A stretch of DNA of 64,000 bases from positions 1-64,000 of the forward strand of contig JBMFOB010000002.1 in the NCBI GenBank assembly GCA_049969855.1, given 5' to 3'. Below are positions 10,181-20,165 of this stretch, piece by piece. Within the stretch, counting starts at the first letter, position 1. The number at the start of each line of letters is the position of its first letter. This DNA comes from Candidatus Bathyarchaeia archaeon (GTDB lineage: Archaea > Thermoproteota > Bathyarchaeia > Bathyarchaeales > Bathycorpusculaceae). A model generated the notes under the pieces. The model was not told where the DNA came from. It saw nothing but the letters and a program-made list of their open reading frames with translations, and ran no database searches. Position numbers and translations under genes: made by a program.

Positions 10181-11994
10181 TTTTCTATTTTTTCTTTGGG
10201 GTAAAGGTTCATGGAGGAATACCAGTCTAATATTGTGTTGAATCTTTCTTTTTCGTCTTCAGGTATGTGTATTGGTCTTCCTCTTCCATCAAACACTAAA
10301 CCAACTACTCCGCCTCTTACGGTTTTTTCAACATTTCTTCCGAAGCCCGCTCCGAAGTTAAATTCGCTGGATGGGGATACTTTGACGTTTACGGTTTTTT
10401 CGTATGGGATTTCAACTTTTACTATTTTGCTGAATTGTAGTTCAAAATTGTCTTTCTTTCCATTTTCATATTCTATTGTGATATCGGCTACTTTGGCGCC
10501 TGGTTTGCTTATGCCTGCTCCGGCTATTAGTGTTCCAAGGTATATGAGGCATTCTTTTTCGAATATGTGTAGGGCTATTTCTGGGTGGATTGTGGAGAGT
10601 ACGCCTAAATGCGGCATCATGAAGACGCTGTCTTGAGCTAGGGATGTGAAACCTACTGGTTGGAAAGCGTCTGTCAGCATCATCATTGATTGGCTTCTTC
10701 TTGGAGCTCTTGAGAGTAGCCCTCCAGTGCCTATTATATAGTTAATTCTGTATACGTCTAGGTAAGTGTCTTCGGTTTTTACTTCTTCGAAAATGTCGGA
10801 GATTGTTCTTTCCTTTTTTACGCCTTTGAGTTCTCTTGCAAGGTATTTGTGGTGATTGAAGGCCATTCTTATTGATTCTCTGGCGAGGGCATGTTCTACG
10901 ACTAAGTCTTCAAAAGTCATGGGGATGGTTGTTGGTCTTATCATTTTGTTGTAGACTATGCCCATTATTTCTTCTTCGCTTATTTGGAATGGGGTCCACT
11001 TTTTCACGTTTTTAATGCTTGCTTCTTTTAGGACGTTGCCTACGCTGTAGCTCATTCCCAAGTTTGCGCTGACGGTTCTTAGGAATCTTCCGTCAAAGTA
11101 TGAGTACACGTTTGTTGTGGCTCCTCCGAGTCCTACGCCGATGCTGTTTACACACTTTAGTTCAGAGAATTTTCTAACCATCATTCCTTCAGCGGCTGGT
11201 GTTGGCATAATGTTTGTTGAAACTAATTTTTTGAGTTTTTCATATCCTGGGGCGTGCGCCATTACGTGTTCCATAAATAATCCTAAAATGGCGTCTCTTG
11301 CTGGTTCTACCTTTTCAACTTCTAACATGGGTCTAAGGTTGTCTGTTATTCTAACGTCGAAATTTTCGCATAATGTTTTCTTTACATCTTCCCTTGCATC
11401 TTTGTTTCCAGCATAGACTACTGGTAGAAGAAATTCTATTTCAAATCTTGGGCGGGGTTTAGCCATGGCTAATATTTCAGCCATTTCCAACACATGCGAT
11501 TTCGTTCCTCCATCTATCCCGCCTGCAAGCAATACTATGTCTGGTCTCAGAAACCTTAGGGCGCTTATTTTTTCATAAGTGTCTCGTCCGTCGTCTACTG
11601 AAAGGACATCCATTACTATGGCTCCGGCTCCAAGGGCTGCTCTTTGGGCGCTTTCTGCGGTTATGCTTTTGACTACTCCTTGAACGAGCATTTGGAGTCC
11701 TCCGCCGGCGCTGCTTGTTGAAACGTAAACGTCTATTCCGGTGTTTTCTCCTTTGTGGGGCATTAGGAACCGCAATTCTTCACATTCGTAATCTATTATT
11801 TTATGGCCTGTGAGTTCTTCCACTTCTCTTACGGCGTTTCTTATTCCCATTGTAACGTCTTCCACGGGTTTTTCAACTGTTGTGGGTGCTTCGCCGCTGG
11901 ATAGAAATTTCCATTCACCACTAACTTTGCCGAAAAATCTGGCTTTGGTTGTGGTGCTTCCCACGTCGGTTGCTAGGATGAATTTTGGTTCCAT
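10162..11994 (-). CDS. GlmL/MutL (glutamate mutase L)-family ASKHA ATPase-like protein
   Basis: TDVGSTTTKA (phosphate 1), TSSAGGGL, LLAGGIDGG, MPTPAA, GLGGATTNVYS (phosphate 2), RTVSANLGMSYS, IGTGG. Confidence 0.85.
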   Translation of the reverse strand: MEPKFILATDVGSTTTKARFFGKVSGEWKFLSSGEAPTTVEKPVEDVTMGIRNAVREVEELTGHKIIDYECEELRFLMPHKGENTGIDVYVSTSSAGGGLQMLVQGVVKSITAESAQRAALGAGAIVMDVLSVDDGRDTYEKISALRFLRPDIVLLAGGIDGGTKSHVLEMAEILAMAKPRPRFEIEFLLPVVYAGNKDAREDVKKTLCENFDVRITDNLRPMLEVEKVEPARDAILGLFMEHVMAHAPGYEKLKKLVSTNIMPTPAAEGMMVRKFSELKCVNSIGVGLGGATTNVYSYFDGRFLRTVSANLGMSYSVGNVLKEASIKNVKKWTPFQISEEEIMGIVYNKMIRPTTIPMTFEDLVVEHALARESIRMAFNHHKYLARELKGVKKERTISDIFEEVKTEDTYLDVYRINYIIGTGGLLSRAPRRSQSMMMLTDAFQPVGFTSLAQDSVFMMPHLGVLSTIHPEIALHIFEKECLIYLGTLIAGAGISKPGAKVADITIEYENGKKDNFELQFSKIVKVEIPYEKTVNVKVSPSSEFNFGAGFGRNVEKTVRGGVVGLVFDGRGRPIHIPEDEKERFNTILDWYSSMNLYPKEKIEKWRSQL

Positions 11995-12243
11995 TTTGAC
12001 CAGCGTTTTCTGAGTTATAAGAATTTGGAGAGTTATATATGTTATTTCTGAAAGTATTGGAATATTAATGAAAATGTCATTACTCGATGAAGTGGGGTTC
12101 TTTTGTGAATAGCTTCCACTTGCGTTTGGTTTTTGTCTTTAAAGGCTTTTTCTGTTCTTTTCTTTTATGGCATCTGGAAAATCTTATATAATAAATGCTT
12201 CCTATATGGAACATTGTTTTTCAAAAATGGAAAAAGGAGAAAA

Positions 12244-13035
12244 ATGTCGATGGATATCATTTATTCGAAAGCTGGAGTGGTTCCTTTTGCTTTGCTAGTG
12301 TTTCTTATGCTTGCGGGCTACTATTTCATGCGGAAAGCTAAGGGAGGCAAACCGATTCCTGTTAGGAAGATGGCCGCTTTTGACGCTATAGAAGAGGGTG
12401 TTGCGAGGTCTGTTGAGATGGGCAGACCTGTCCATTTCACTCTTGGATATGGTCCACTATCTACTTCTATGGCTCCTCAATATCTTGCTGGTTTAGGAGT
12501 GCTAAATCACGTGGCAAAGCTTTGCGGCAAATACGGTGCGAATCTCGTTTCAACCCTTGGGGTTCCAGAGCTCATAGCAGCAGAAGAAGAGGTCATCCGT
12601 GACGCTTATTACTCTGCTGGAAAACCAGAACTTTACAATGTTACATACAATGTAAGGTATTTGACAGACCAGCAGTTCGCTTATGCTTCAGCTGTACAGG
12701 CAACAATACAGCGAGAAAATGCTGGAACAAACATAATGGTTGGGCCTTTCTGGGCTGAATCGCTAATATTTGTTGAGGCAGGTGCTGCTGGCGGAGCTTT
12801 TCAAGTTGCTGGAACAGCCCGTGAAACTCAAATTCCCTTCTTCGTCTTGGCTGCTGACTATTCCTTCATAGGGGAGGAGATATTCGCTGCTGGTGCTATG
12901 GCTTCTGGAGACAATGTGACATTAGCGTCTATAAGAGGACAGGACGTAGGAAAACTGCTTTCATGGGTTCTAATCGTGGTGGGTCTTGTGTTGCTGCCGT
13001 TGGGCATTAAACTGGCGACTTATCTGGTGATGTAA
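12244..13035 (+). CDS. DUF6754-like membrane protein
   Basis: PVRKMAAFDAIEEGVARSVEMGRPVHF, QFAYAS, FWAESL, QIPFF..ADY..IGEEIFAAGA, SIRGQD; start moved to ATG 12244 after an AGGAG SD (ORF track 12133). Confidence 0.75.
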   Translation: MSMDIIYSKAGVVPFALLVFLMLAGYYFMRKAKGGKPIPVRKMAAFDAIEEGVARSVEMGRPVHFTLGYGPLSTSMAPQYLAGLGVLNHVAKLCGKYGANLVSTLGVPELIAAEEEVIRDAYYSAGKPELYNVTYNVRYLTDQQFAYASAVQATIQRENAGTNIMVGPFWAESLIFVEAGAAGGAFQVAGTARETQIPFFVLAADYSFIGEEIFAAGAMASGDNVTLASIRGQDVGKLLSWVLIVVGLVLLPLGIKLATYLVM

Positions 13036-13048
13036 GGGGTGAAATGAA

Positions 13049-13717
13049 ATGGGTGCTGTAGTAAGGAGAAATATTCCGCAAATAATCGTGACAATAATAA
13101 TACTGTTGATGGTGATCTTTTACTTCTTCTACATAAGCAGCGAAGTGAGAACAGCATTTAACACTTGGGATAAAGCTCTGACTGATTGGGTTGTTGTAAT
13201 AACTGCTATGGCCGCCATTGTTGGAGGCGTAGACATATTACGATACCACGTAAATCAGAGCCGAAAGAAGGAGCCTAAACAAGTGTTCTTTAGTGGCATA
13301 GTAATGATTATGGAAGTAATAATGGTTGCCTTTGCAGTTATAGCCTTGTCTTCAGGAATTTCGATACCGACACAGCCAAACTTTCAATGGCTTTACACAT
13401 ACATCTATGCGCCTTCTGATGCTGCAATGTATTCAATACTAATCTTTTACATAGCTTCAGCCTCTTACAGAGCCTTTCGAGTTAGAAACCCACCAGCGCT
13501 TCTCTTACTGGTAGTGGCTATTCTTGTAATGATCGGAAATACAAGCCTAGGGGAATTACTGTGGAGTGGTTTGCTTCCTATCAGAGACTGGATAATGACT
13601 GTTCCGAACACTGCAGCATTTAGACCCATTACTATGGGTTTAGGCTTTGGAATCATCATATTGGGGCTTAGGCTTCTGTTGGGCAAAGAAACCACTTGGA
13701 TGGGGAGGAGGGAATAG
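13049..13717 (+). CDS. Uncharacterised integral membrane protein (about 6 TM)
   Basis: FYIASASYRAFRVRN, W..VPNTAAFR, LRLLLGKE; GGGGTGA SD upstream. Confidence 0.8.
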   Translation: MGAVVRRNIPQIIVTIIILLMVIFYFFYISSEVRTAFNTWDKALTDWVVVITAMAAIVGGVDILRYHVNQSRKKEPKQVFFSGIVMIMEVIMVAFAVIALSSGISIPTQPNFQWLYTYIYAPSDAAMYSILIFYIASASYRAFRVRNPPALLLLVVAILVMIGNTSLGELLWSGLLPIRDWIMTVPNTAAFRPITMGLGFGIIILGLRLLLGKETTWMGRRE

Positions 13718-13719
13718 AC

Positions 13720-14574
13720 ATGACGGCAATAGAAAAAATTGATAAAATCTTAAGCACACGGCAGCTATTGTACACGTTGCTCGTCATCGCAATAATACTT
13801 CCTCTGATTTATCCAGTTGGTCTTCCAATAGGAATTTCATCACGCACAAGGGCAGTTTACGACTACATACAAGATGATAGCAAAGTTCCGCCAGGTTCGC
13901 ACATTCTTATAGACATATATTATGAGGTTGCTGCAAGAGCCGAATTGGAGCCGCAAGTCATAGCCCTCACGAAACAATTATTTGAGAAAGGGTGTAAGCT
14001 AGTGTTCCTTTCAACGATAAACTATGGTCCAATTGTGTTTCAATTTTTGCAAGCTTCAGCTCCTGACGTGTTTGAAGGTAAGACGTATGGAGAGGACTAC
14101 GTTTTCTTGGGATACATTGCAGGTCAAGAGTCAGCAGTAGCCTCTTTAGCAAAGAGTATTACTGGAACTGTTGCAAGGGATAATTATGACCATCCAACTT
14201 CAAGTTTGCCATTACTACAAGAAGCTAATGATGCCTCAGCTTATGAGCTAGTTATTGTTGCATCATCTGGAACAGACACTTTTGGATGGTATGTCCGCCA
14301 GTGGTACACCCCCTACCACACGCCTCTCCTATTTGGAGCACTCAGCGTCATTGCTCCATCAATCGAACCATACGTTAACGCTGGACAAGCAGTCGGCATG
14401 CTTACTGGACAAAGGGCAGCAGCAGAATACGAACTATTGGTAGGAAGAAAAGGTTTAGGCATTGCTTCAATGGATGCTCAAAGCTTCGCCCATGGACTCA
14501 TTCTGGTATTCATCATCGTGGGAAACATAGTGTTTGCCTACACAAAACTCTCTAAGAGGGGTGAGAAGAAATGA
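13720..14574 (+). CDS. Uncharacterised membrane-anchored protein with a soluble alpha/beta domain
   Basis: N- and C-terminal TMs; AELEP, YGEDYVFLGYIAG, PYVNAGQ..G...G.RAAAEYE, MDAQS.AH; start ATG 13720 (ORF track 13696). Confidence 0.8.
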   Translation: MTAIEKIDKILSTRQLLYTLLVIAIILPLIYPVGLPIGISSRTRAVYDYIQDDSKVPPGSHILIDIYYEVAARAELEPQVIALTKQLFEKGCKLVFLSTINYGPIVFQFLQASAPDVFEGKTYGEDYVFLGYIAGQESAVASLAKSITGTVARDNYDHPTSSLPLLQEANDASAYELVIVASSGTDTFGWYVRQWYTPYHTPLLFGALSVIAPSIEPYVNAGQAVGMLTGQRAAAEYELLVGRKGLGIASMDAQSFAHGLILVFIIVGNIVFAYTKLSKRGEKK

Positions 14575-15281
14575 GCGAAATAGAAGTAATGGGTGCTTGG
14601 CTTGCAGCCGTAGTAGTAGTGTGGATTTACAGCTTTGTATACAAAGACAACGTGTTATATCGCTTTGCTGAACACTTATTCGTTGGAACAGCAGCAGGCT
14701 ATTCCATAGCACTTTCATTAGATAGCTTAAACAAAACTGCCTTCGTTCCATTAGGCAAAGACATTTTGGCAAATTGGCATCTAATAATACCATTGCTGTT
14801 AGGGCTTACATTCTTCATGAAATACTCAAAGAAGTATTATTGGGTTGCAAGGTATGGCATAGGCGTAAACGTTGCCGTAGGCGCAGCCTTAGCTTTAAGA
14901 ACAGCTCCAATGGCTAACATAATAAAGCAGGTAAACGCTGCCATAGTGCCCCTTTGGACGCCCACAGATTTGCTGACAACCTTTAACAACTGGCTCATGG
15001 TTCTAATAACCTTAGGCGGGTTAACCTACTTTATATTTACACTGTTTCCAAAGGCAGAAGGAAAATCAACATCTATGCATAAGATATACAGAGCATTCTT
15101 CCTAATAGGAATATATGGAATGATGGTTGGCTTCGGAGCCCTATTCGCAAACACAATAATGACAAGGGTTGGGTTCTTAATAGGAATATACTTGCAATAC
15201 TTTCAGCCGCAACCATACGCTGCCATAATAGCAGTTGTGCTAGCTGTGATTGCAATAGCCTACGCCATGAGGCGAAAATAA
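14571..15281 (+). CDS. Uncharacterised integral membrane protein (about 7 TM)
   Basis: YSFVYKDNVLYRFAEHLFVGTAAGY, YFIFT, MVGFGALFANTIMTRV; ATGA overlap with the previous gene. Confidence 0.8.
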   Translation: MSEIEVMGAWLAAVVVVWIYSFVYKDNVLYRFAEHLFVGTAAGYSIALSLDSLNKTAFVPLGKDILANWHLIIPLLLGLTFFMKYSKKYYWVARYGIGVNVAVGAALALRTAPMANIIKQVNAAIVPLWTPTDLLTTFNNWLMVLITLGGLTYFIFTLFPKAEGKSTSMHKIYRAFFLIGIYGMMVGFGALFANTIMTRVGFLIGIYLQYFQPQPYAAIIAVVLAVIAIAYAMRRK

Positions 15282-15297
15282 CAAAGGGTAAACTTCC

Positions 15298-15579
15298 ATG
15301 AGCTTGGAACCAAAAACCGTAGAAAACGCTGAAGATGAAGAGTGGCTTCAAAAAATAGCCAAAAAAATAGTTGACTCAAAAATGGACGGCATTGTCTTAC
15401 TCTTCCTAGAAACAATTGGACCAACAAGCCATGTTTGGTCCCAACTTGCCCGCCTTTACCTCCAACCCCTTTTTATCCTTATTGGACCAGACAGCGAGAA
15501 ACTTTTGGCATTTGCTGAAAAACCTGAAAACGTGGAAAAGCTTGTCAAAAAAATAGAAGAATGTCGTGAACATTCTTAA
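15298..15579 (+). CDS. Small hypothetical protein at end of membrane operon
   Basis: 93 aa, 16 bp after the previous stop; KIAKKIV...LFLETIGP.S...SQL. Confidence 0.7.
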   Translation: MSLEPKTVENAEDEEWLQKIAKKIVDSKMDGIVLLFLETIGPTSHVWSQLARLYLQPLFILIGPDSEKLLAFAEKPENVEKLVKKIEECREHS

Positions 15580-15714
15580 AGCTTCCAATTTTTATATTTT
15601 CTTTTTCTTTAAAATGCTTATAACATTATTATCATTTAGAAAATTGGATGAGCAAAGCTTAAATTGTGTTCGTCGATTGTTAAAGGGCAAAAGATTCGCA
15701 AAGGAGAATGTTAA

Positions 15715-15990
15715 ATGGGCAACGTGATAATATCGTACAAAATATTTCCAACAGACATAATTGTCGACTTTACTGATTTGAAAAAGAAAATTGAGGAATG
15801 CTTACCTGAGTTTGCATCAATTTATGGATACGGTGAAGAACCCATAGCTTTTGGCTTGAAGGCTTTGATAGCGCATATAAAATTTCCAGAAGACAAGAGT
15901 GGCATGTTGGACGAGTTTGAAAAGAAGCTTGAAACAGTGAGCGAAATAAGTCAAGTGCAAACGATTATGGTGCGTAGGGTGAGCAGATAA
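15715..15990 (+). CDS. ef1b: Translation elongation factor aEF-1beta
   Basis: YKIFP..., EEPIAFGLKAL motif, 91 aa; AGGAG SD. Confidence 0.95.
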   Translation: MGNVIISYKIFPTDIIVDFTDLKKKIEECLPEFASIYGYGEEPIAFGLKALIAHIKFPEDKSGMLDEFEKKLETVSEISQVQTIMVRRVSR

Positions 15991-16076
15991 CCTTAAACGG
16001 TTGTTTTAAACATTTATATATGAATGAATCTTTGCTTTGAAACGTATTATGGTAATAATAACGGAGGGAATTCTGA

Positions 16077-18248
16077 TTGAGTGAAGTGCAATTGCGTGTT
16101 GGCGATGCAAGACAAAGAGATGTCGGCAGAGGCATAGCCCGCATAGACCAGAAAACAATGGAGAAGCTGGGCATTTCAGCAGGAGACGTCATAGAAATAG
16201 TGGGTAAAAGGTCAACTTCAGCCATAGCTTGGCCAGCCTACAGCGAAGACCAAAACCGAGACATTATACGGATAGACGGTTTCACCCGCAAAAACGCTGG
16301 AGTAGCCATAAACGAGTACGTCATTGCAAGACCAGCCAAAGTTAAAAATGCTCTAAGCATAACATTGGCGCCTGTGGACATGCGATTAAATGTTGACGAG
16401 GATTTCACAAACTTTGTTAAAAACCGCCTTATGGAAAGAACCCTAGTTGAGGGCGACACCACATTGGTTATGATGCTTGGACACGCCATACCCTTCACCG
16501 TTTCCAAAACCCGCCCTCACGGCATAGTTAAAGTTACAGCAGAAACAAGACTAACAATCCTAAACGAACCAGCGCCAGAGGGAAAGGGACTTCCAAGAAC
16601 AACATACGAAGACATTGGCGGACTACAAGAGGAAATCCAAAGAGTAAGGGAAATGGTTGAACTTCCGCTGAGGCATCCGGAGCTTTTCCAGAGGCTTGGA
16701 ATAGAACCACCAAAAGGAGTACTGCTCCATGGGCCGCCTGGCTGCGGCAAGACCTTGCTTGCTAGGGCTGTAGCAAACGAGTCGGAAGCAAATTTCTTCT
16801 CAATAAACGGACCTGAAATAATGAGCAAATTCTACGGCGAATCTGAAGCCAGACTTAGAGAAATCTTCCAACAAGCCCAACAGAACGCTCCAAGCATAAT
16901 ATTCATCGACGAGCTTGATGCTATAGCGCCGAAACGGGAAGAAGTCACTGGAGAGGTTGAAAGGCGTGTTGTTGCCCAACTCTTAGCCCTAATGGACGGT
17001 TTATCTGGAAGGGGAAACGTCATAGTTATAGGCGCAACCAACAGACCTGGCGCCCTTGACCCGGCTCTTCGCAGACCGGGCAGATTTGACAGAGAAATTG
17101 AGATAGGTGTTCCAGACAAGCGTGGAAGGTATGAAATCCTGCAGATTCACACGCGTGGGATGCCTTTGGCTGAAGATGTTGACCTTAAGAAGCTTTCTGA
17201 AATAACCCATGGATATACAGGCGCAGATTTGGCGGCTCTCTGCAGAGAAACAGCCATGAAAGCCCTCCGCAGATACTTGCCCCAAATAAACCTTGAAGAA
17301 GAGCGCATACCACCAAGCGTTTTAGAGAAAATGGAAGTGAAAATGGAAGACTTCATAAACGCCTACAAAGAAGTGACGCCCACAGCCATGCGTGAAGTCT
17401 ACATAGAAGTGCCAACAATCCACTGGGACGACATCGGCGGACTTGAAGAAGTCAAACAAGAACTTAAAGAAGCAGTGGAATGGCCGCTTAAGAATCCTGA
17501 AATTTTCAAGAGACTTGGCATAAAACCTCCAAAGGGCATACTCCTTTATGGTCCTCCTGGCTGTGGCAAGACATTGTTGGCTAGGGCTGTGGCTACTGAA
17601 AGCGAAGCAAACTTCATTACAATTAAGGGTCCAGAAGTGTTTTCAAAATGGGTCGGCGAGTCTGAAAAAGCCATAAGAGAAGTTTTCAGAAAAGCCAGAA
17701 TGGCAGCGCCGGCCGTAATCTTCTTTGATGAGATGGATTCGCTTGTTCCTCGGAGAGGCTTAGGCTTTGCAGACAGCGGCGTAACAGAACGGGTCATCAG
17801 TCAACTCTTAACTGAGATGGATGGAATTTTAACCTTGGAGGATGTTGTTGTTATAGCGGCTACAAACAGACCGGACATTATTGACCCTGCAGTGCTTCGC
17901 CCTGGAAGGTTTGATAGGCTAATATATGTGCCTGAACCCGATGATAAAACTCGGCTTCAAATATTTAAAATTCACACGAGAAACATGCCTTTAGCAAAAG
18001 ACGTAAGCCTAGAACAGTTAGCTGCTATAGCCAAGAATTATTCTGGTGCAGACATAGAAGCCCTTTGCAGAGAAGCAGCCATGCATGCCTTAAGGAGAGA
18101 TGTGAACGCTAAAGAAGTCACGCTGGGTGACTTTCAAGAAGCGATGAAAAGGATTGGTCCTTCCATAACGCCTGACATGGAAAAATGGTATAAAGGGTTC
18201 ATGCAGCAAGTTCGGCAAGTTCAAAAACCAGCAACACCAGTTGCTTAA
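16077..18248 (+). CDS. cdc48: CDC48/VAT AAA+ ATPase
   Basis: N-domain [11 protein letters not shown]; two AAA modules ([23 protein letters not shown]). Confidence 0.97.
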   Translation: MSEVQLRVGDARQRDVGRGIARIDQKTMEKLGISAGDVIEIVGKRSTSAIAWPAYSEDQNRDIIRIDGFTRKNAGVAINEYVIARPAKVKNALSITLAPVDMRLNVDEDFTNFVKNRLMERTLVEGDTTLVMMLGHAIPFTVSKTRPHGIVKVTAETRLTILNEPAPEGKGLPRTTYEDIGGLQEEIQRVREMVELPLRHPELFQRLGIEPPKGVLLHGPPGCGKTLLARAVANESEANFFSINGPEIMSKFYGESEARLREIFQQAQQNAPSIIFIDELDAIAPKREEVTGEVERRVVAQLLALMDGLSGRGNVIVIGATNRPGALDPALRRPGRFDREIEIGVPDKRGRYEILQIHTRGMPLAEDVDLKKLSEITHGYTGADLAALCRETAMKALRRYLPQINLEEERIPPSVLEKMEVKMEDFINAYKEVTPTAMREVYIEVPTIHWDDIGGLEEVKQELKEAVEWPLKNPEIFKRLGIKPPKGILLYGPPGCGKTLLARAVATESEANFITIKGPEVFSKWVGESEKAIREVFRKARMAAPAVIFFDEMDSLVPRRGLGFADSGVTERVISQLLTEMDGILTLEDVVVIAATNRPDIIDPAVLRPGRFDRLIYVPEPDDKTRLQIFKIHTRNMPLAKDVSLEQLAAIAKNYSGADIEALCREAAMHALRRDVNAKEVTLGDFQEAMKRIGPSITPDMEKWYKGFMQQVRQVQKPATPVA

Positions 18249-18489
18249 GGAGCGTAAAGCTTTGCCAGTTAAAACTTGGAAAACGCATCCAGCCTACTAC
18301 TTTTTGTTGGAAATCCTAAAAAAGAAGGGCGCCATGACAGATGCTGAGCTTTTTGAAGCGTTAAGCGAGGAATTTAATGATTTAGGCTTTAAGGACTTTA
18401 ACGAGTTTCTCATGCGATTGGAGATTGCTGGAAAGATACGTACAACTTCTATGGTTCGTGGAAAAAGACGGGTTGAGCTTCTAACATAA
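18241..18489 (+). CDS. Small winged-helix-like hypothetical protein
   Basis: 82 aa, overlaps the cdc48 stop; [10 protein letters not shown] wHTH-like pattern. Confidence 0.7.
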   Translation: MLKERKALPVKTWKTHPAYYFLLEILKKKGAMTDAELFEALSEEFNDLGFKDFNEFLMRLEIAGKIRTTSMVRGKRRVELLT

Positions 18490-18522
18490 GCGTTTAATTT
18501 CAAACTCTTTTAATGTGTAATC

Positions 18523-19746
18523 ATGGAAAACATTTCAGACGCCATTATCATTGGAGGCGGACCTTGCGGCTCCTTCACAGCGCTGAACCTTGCAAAATTT
18601 GGAGTTAACGTAAAAGTTTTTGAGGAACACGCAGAAATTGGCTTTCCAACACATTGTCCAGGTCATGTGGCAATTAATAGTCTTAAAAGTTTAGGTTTGT
18701 ATCCGCTTCCAGCGAAAATTGTTGAAAACACCTTTTACGGAGTTACTTTTCACTCGCCGAAGGGTTGCGAATTTTCTGTCCGTTTCTCTTCTCCCATAAC
18801 TTGTGTTGTTGACCGTTCTCTTTTTGACAAATACATCGCGGGAATAGCAAAAAAAAGAGGAGCGTCTTATCATCTAAATGCTCATGTTAATTCTCTAATT
18901 TTCGAAAATGGTTTTGTGAAAGGAGTATATGCCAAACACGAGGGGGAAGTTGAAAAATTTTTCGCCAAAATTGTGGTGGATGCCGAAGGAATCTCTTCAA
19001 GAATTCTAAAACAAACCCGCCTATTGCCCCTAAACCGCCACATGCTTATCAACGGTGTGCACGCTGAAGTTGAAAATGTTAAGGATGTTGAGCAAGACAC
19101 TGTTGAAGTCTTCCTTGGAAATGATTATGCGCCTGGCTTTTATGCTTGGCTAATTCCAAAGGGCGAAGGCAAAGCGAAAGTTGGATTAGCCGTTAAAAGT
19201 GGGAATCCGAAAGAGTTTTTGCAAAGGTTTATGCTTAAACATCCAATAGCGTCAAAAAAATTGTGCAAAGCAAAAATCTTGCAGACTACTTTTCATCCCA
19301 TATCTCTTGGAGGACCAATCTTAAAAACTTATTCGGATGGTTTTTTAGCTGTTGGCGATGTTGCTTCTCAAGTGAAACCCACAACTGGAGGCGGTTTAAT
19401 CTTCGGCTTGTCTTGTGCAAGAGTTGTAGCTGAAGTTATTCATGAAGCTTTGCACAGAAATGATTTTTCATCAAATTTTCTCATTACATATCAGAGGCGA
19501 TGCGAAGAAATTTTGGGTTTTGATGTGAAGTTTATGCTTACCTTTAGGAAAATGCTTAATGGCATGTCAGACGAAAAAATCCACGAAATCATCAGCCTAT
19601 GCAGAAAACTAAATCTGAACAAGACACTCCGCAACGTTAAGGACATAGATTTTCAGGGAAAATCCCTTCTATATCTTTTGCGAAGCCCGAGAATTTTGCC
19701 AGCCCTCTTCTACTTCTTTTTCCTTTGCATATCTGCAAATCCTTAA
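18523..19746 (+). CDS. Geranylgeranyl reductase family FAD oxidoreductase
   Basis: IIGGGPCG, VVDAEG, YAWLIP, VGDVASQVKPTTGGG. Confidence 0.9.
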   Translation: MENISDAIIIGGGPCGSFTALNLAKFGVNVKVFEEHAEIGFPTHCPGHVAINSLKSLGLYPLPAKIVENTFYGVTFHSPKGCEFSVRFSSPITCVVDRSLFDKYIAGIAKKRGASYHLNAHVNSLIFENGFVKGVYAKHEGEVEKFFAKIVVDAEGISSRILKQTRLLPLNRHMLINGVHAEVENVKDVEQDTVEVFLGNDYAPGFYAWLIPKGEGKAKVGLAVKSGNPKEFLQRFMLKHPIASKKLCKAKILQTTFHPISLGGPILKTYSDGFLAVGDVASQVKPTTGGGLIFGLSCARVVAEVIHEALHRNDFSSNFLITYQRRCEEILGFDVKFMLTFRKMLNGMSDEKIHEIISLCRKLNLNKTLRNVKDIDFQGKSLLYLLRSPRILPALFYFFFLCISANP

Positions 19747-19788
19747 AATCTTAGAGTGATAAAAGTGGAGTAGACGGTTGAAATTGGC

Positions 19789-20151
19789 ATGTCGGAATTT
19801 CGTTACAAACAAGTGATTGTTTTTCGCTCCGATTTAAAATTAAGTAAGGGTAAGATTGCAGCCCAAGCTGGACATGGCGCTGTTTCCGCTGCTGAAGAGG
19901 CTCGCAAGCGCAATAGAGAATGGTGGAAGGCTTGGATGGATGAAGGGCAATGCAAGATTGTCGTCAAAGTCAAAAACGAAGAAGAGCTGTTGGCTTTAGA
20001 GAAACAAGCGAAGAATTTAGCCCTACCATATGCATTAATTATAGACAGAGGGTTAACAGAAGTTCCTCCCGGAACAATAACGTGTTTGGGAATCGGTCCT
20101 GCGCCTTCAGAAATTATTGACAAACTAACGGGCAAGCTTCCCCTCCTCTAA
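19789..20151 (+). CDS. pth2: Peptidyl-tRNA hydrolase Pth2
   Basis: KQVIV.R.DLKLSKGKIAAQAGH, D.GLTEV.PGT.TCLGIGP. Confidence 0.96.
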   Translation: MSEFRYKQVIVFRSDLKLSKGKIAAQAGHGAVSAAEEARKRNREWWKAWMDEGQCKIVVKVKNEEELLALEKQAKNLALPYALIIDRGLTEVPPGTITCLGIGPAPSEIIDKLTGKLPLL

Positions 20152-20165
20152 GCGGGGCGAAACAC

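Noticed and set aside
10162-11994. Glutamate mutase pathway or DNA mismatch-repair MutL
   Set aside because: No GlmS/GlmE or B12-binding DxHxxG protein nearby; the motifs are ASKHA-type, not the GHKL type of repair MutL
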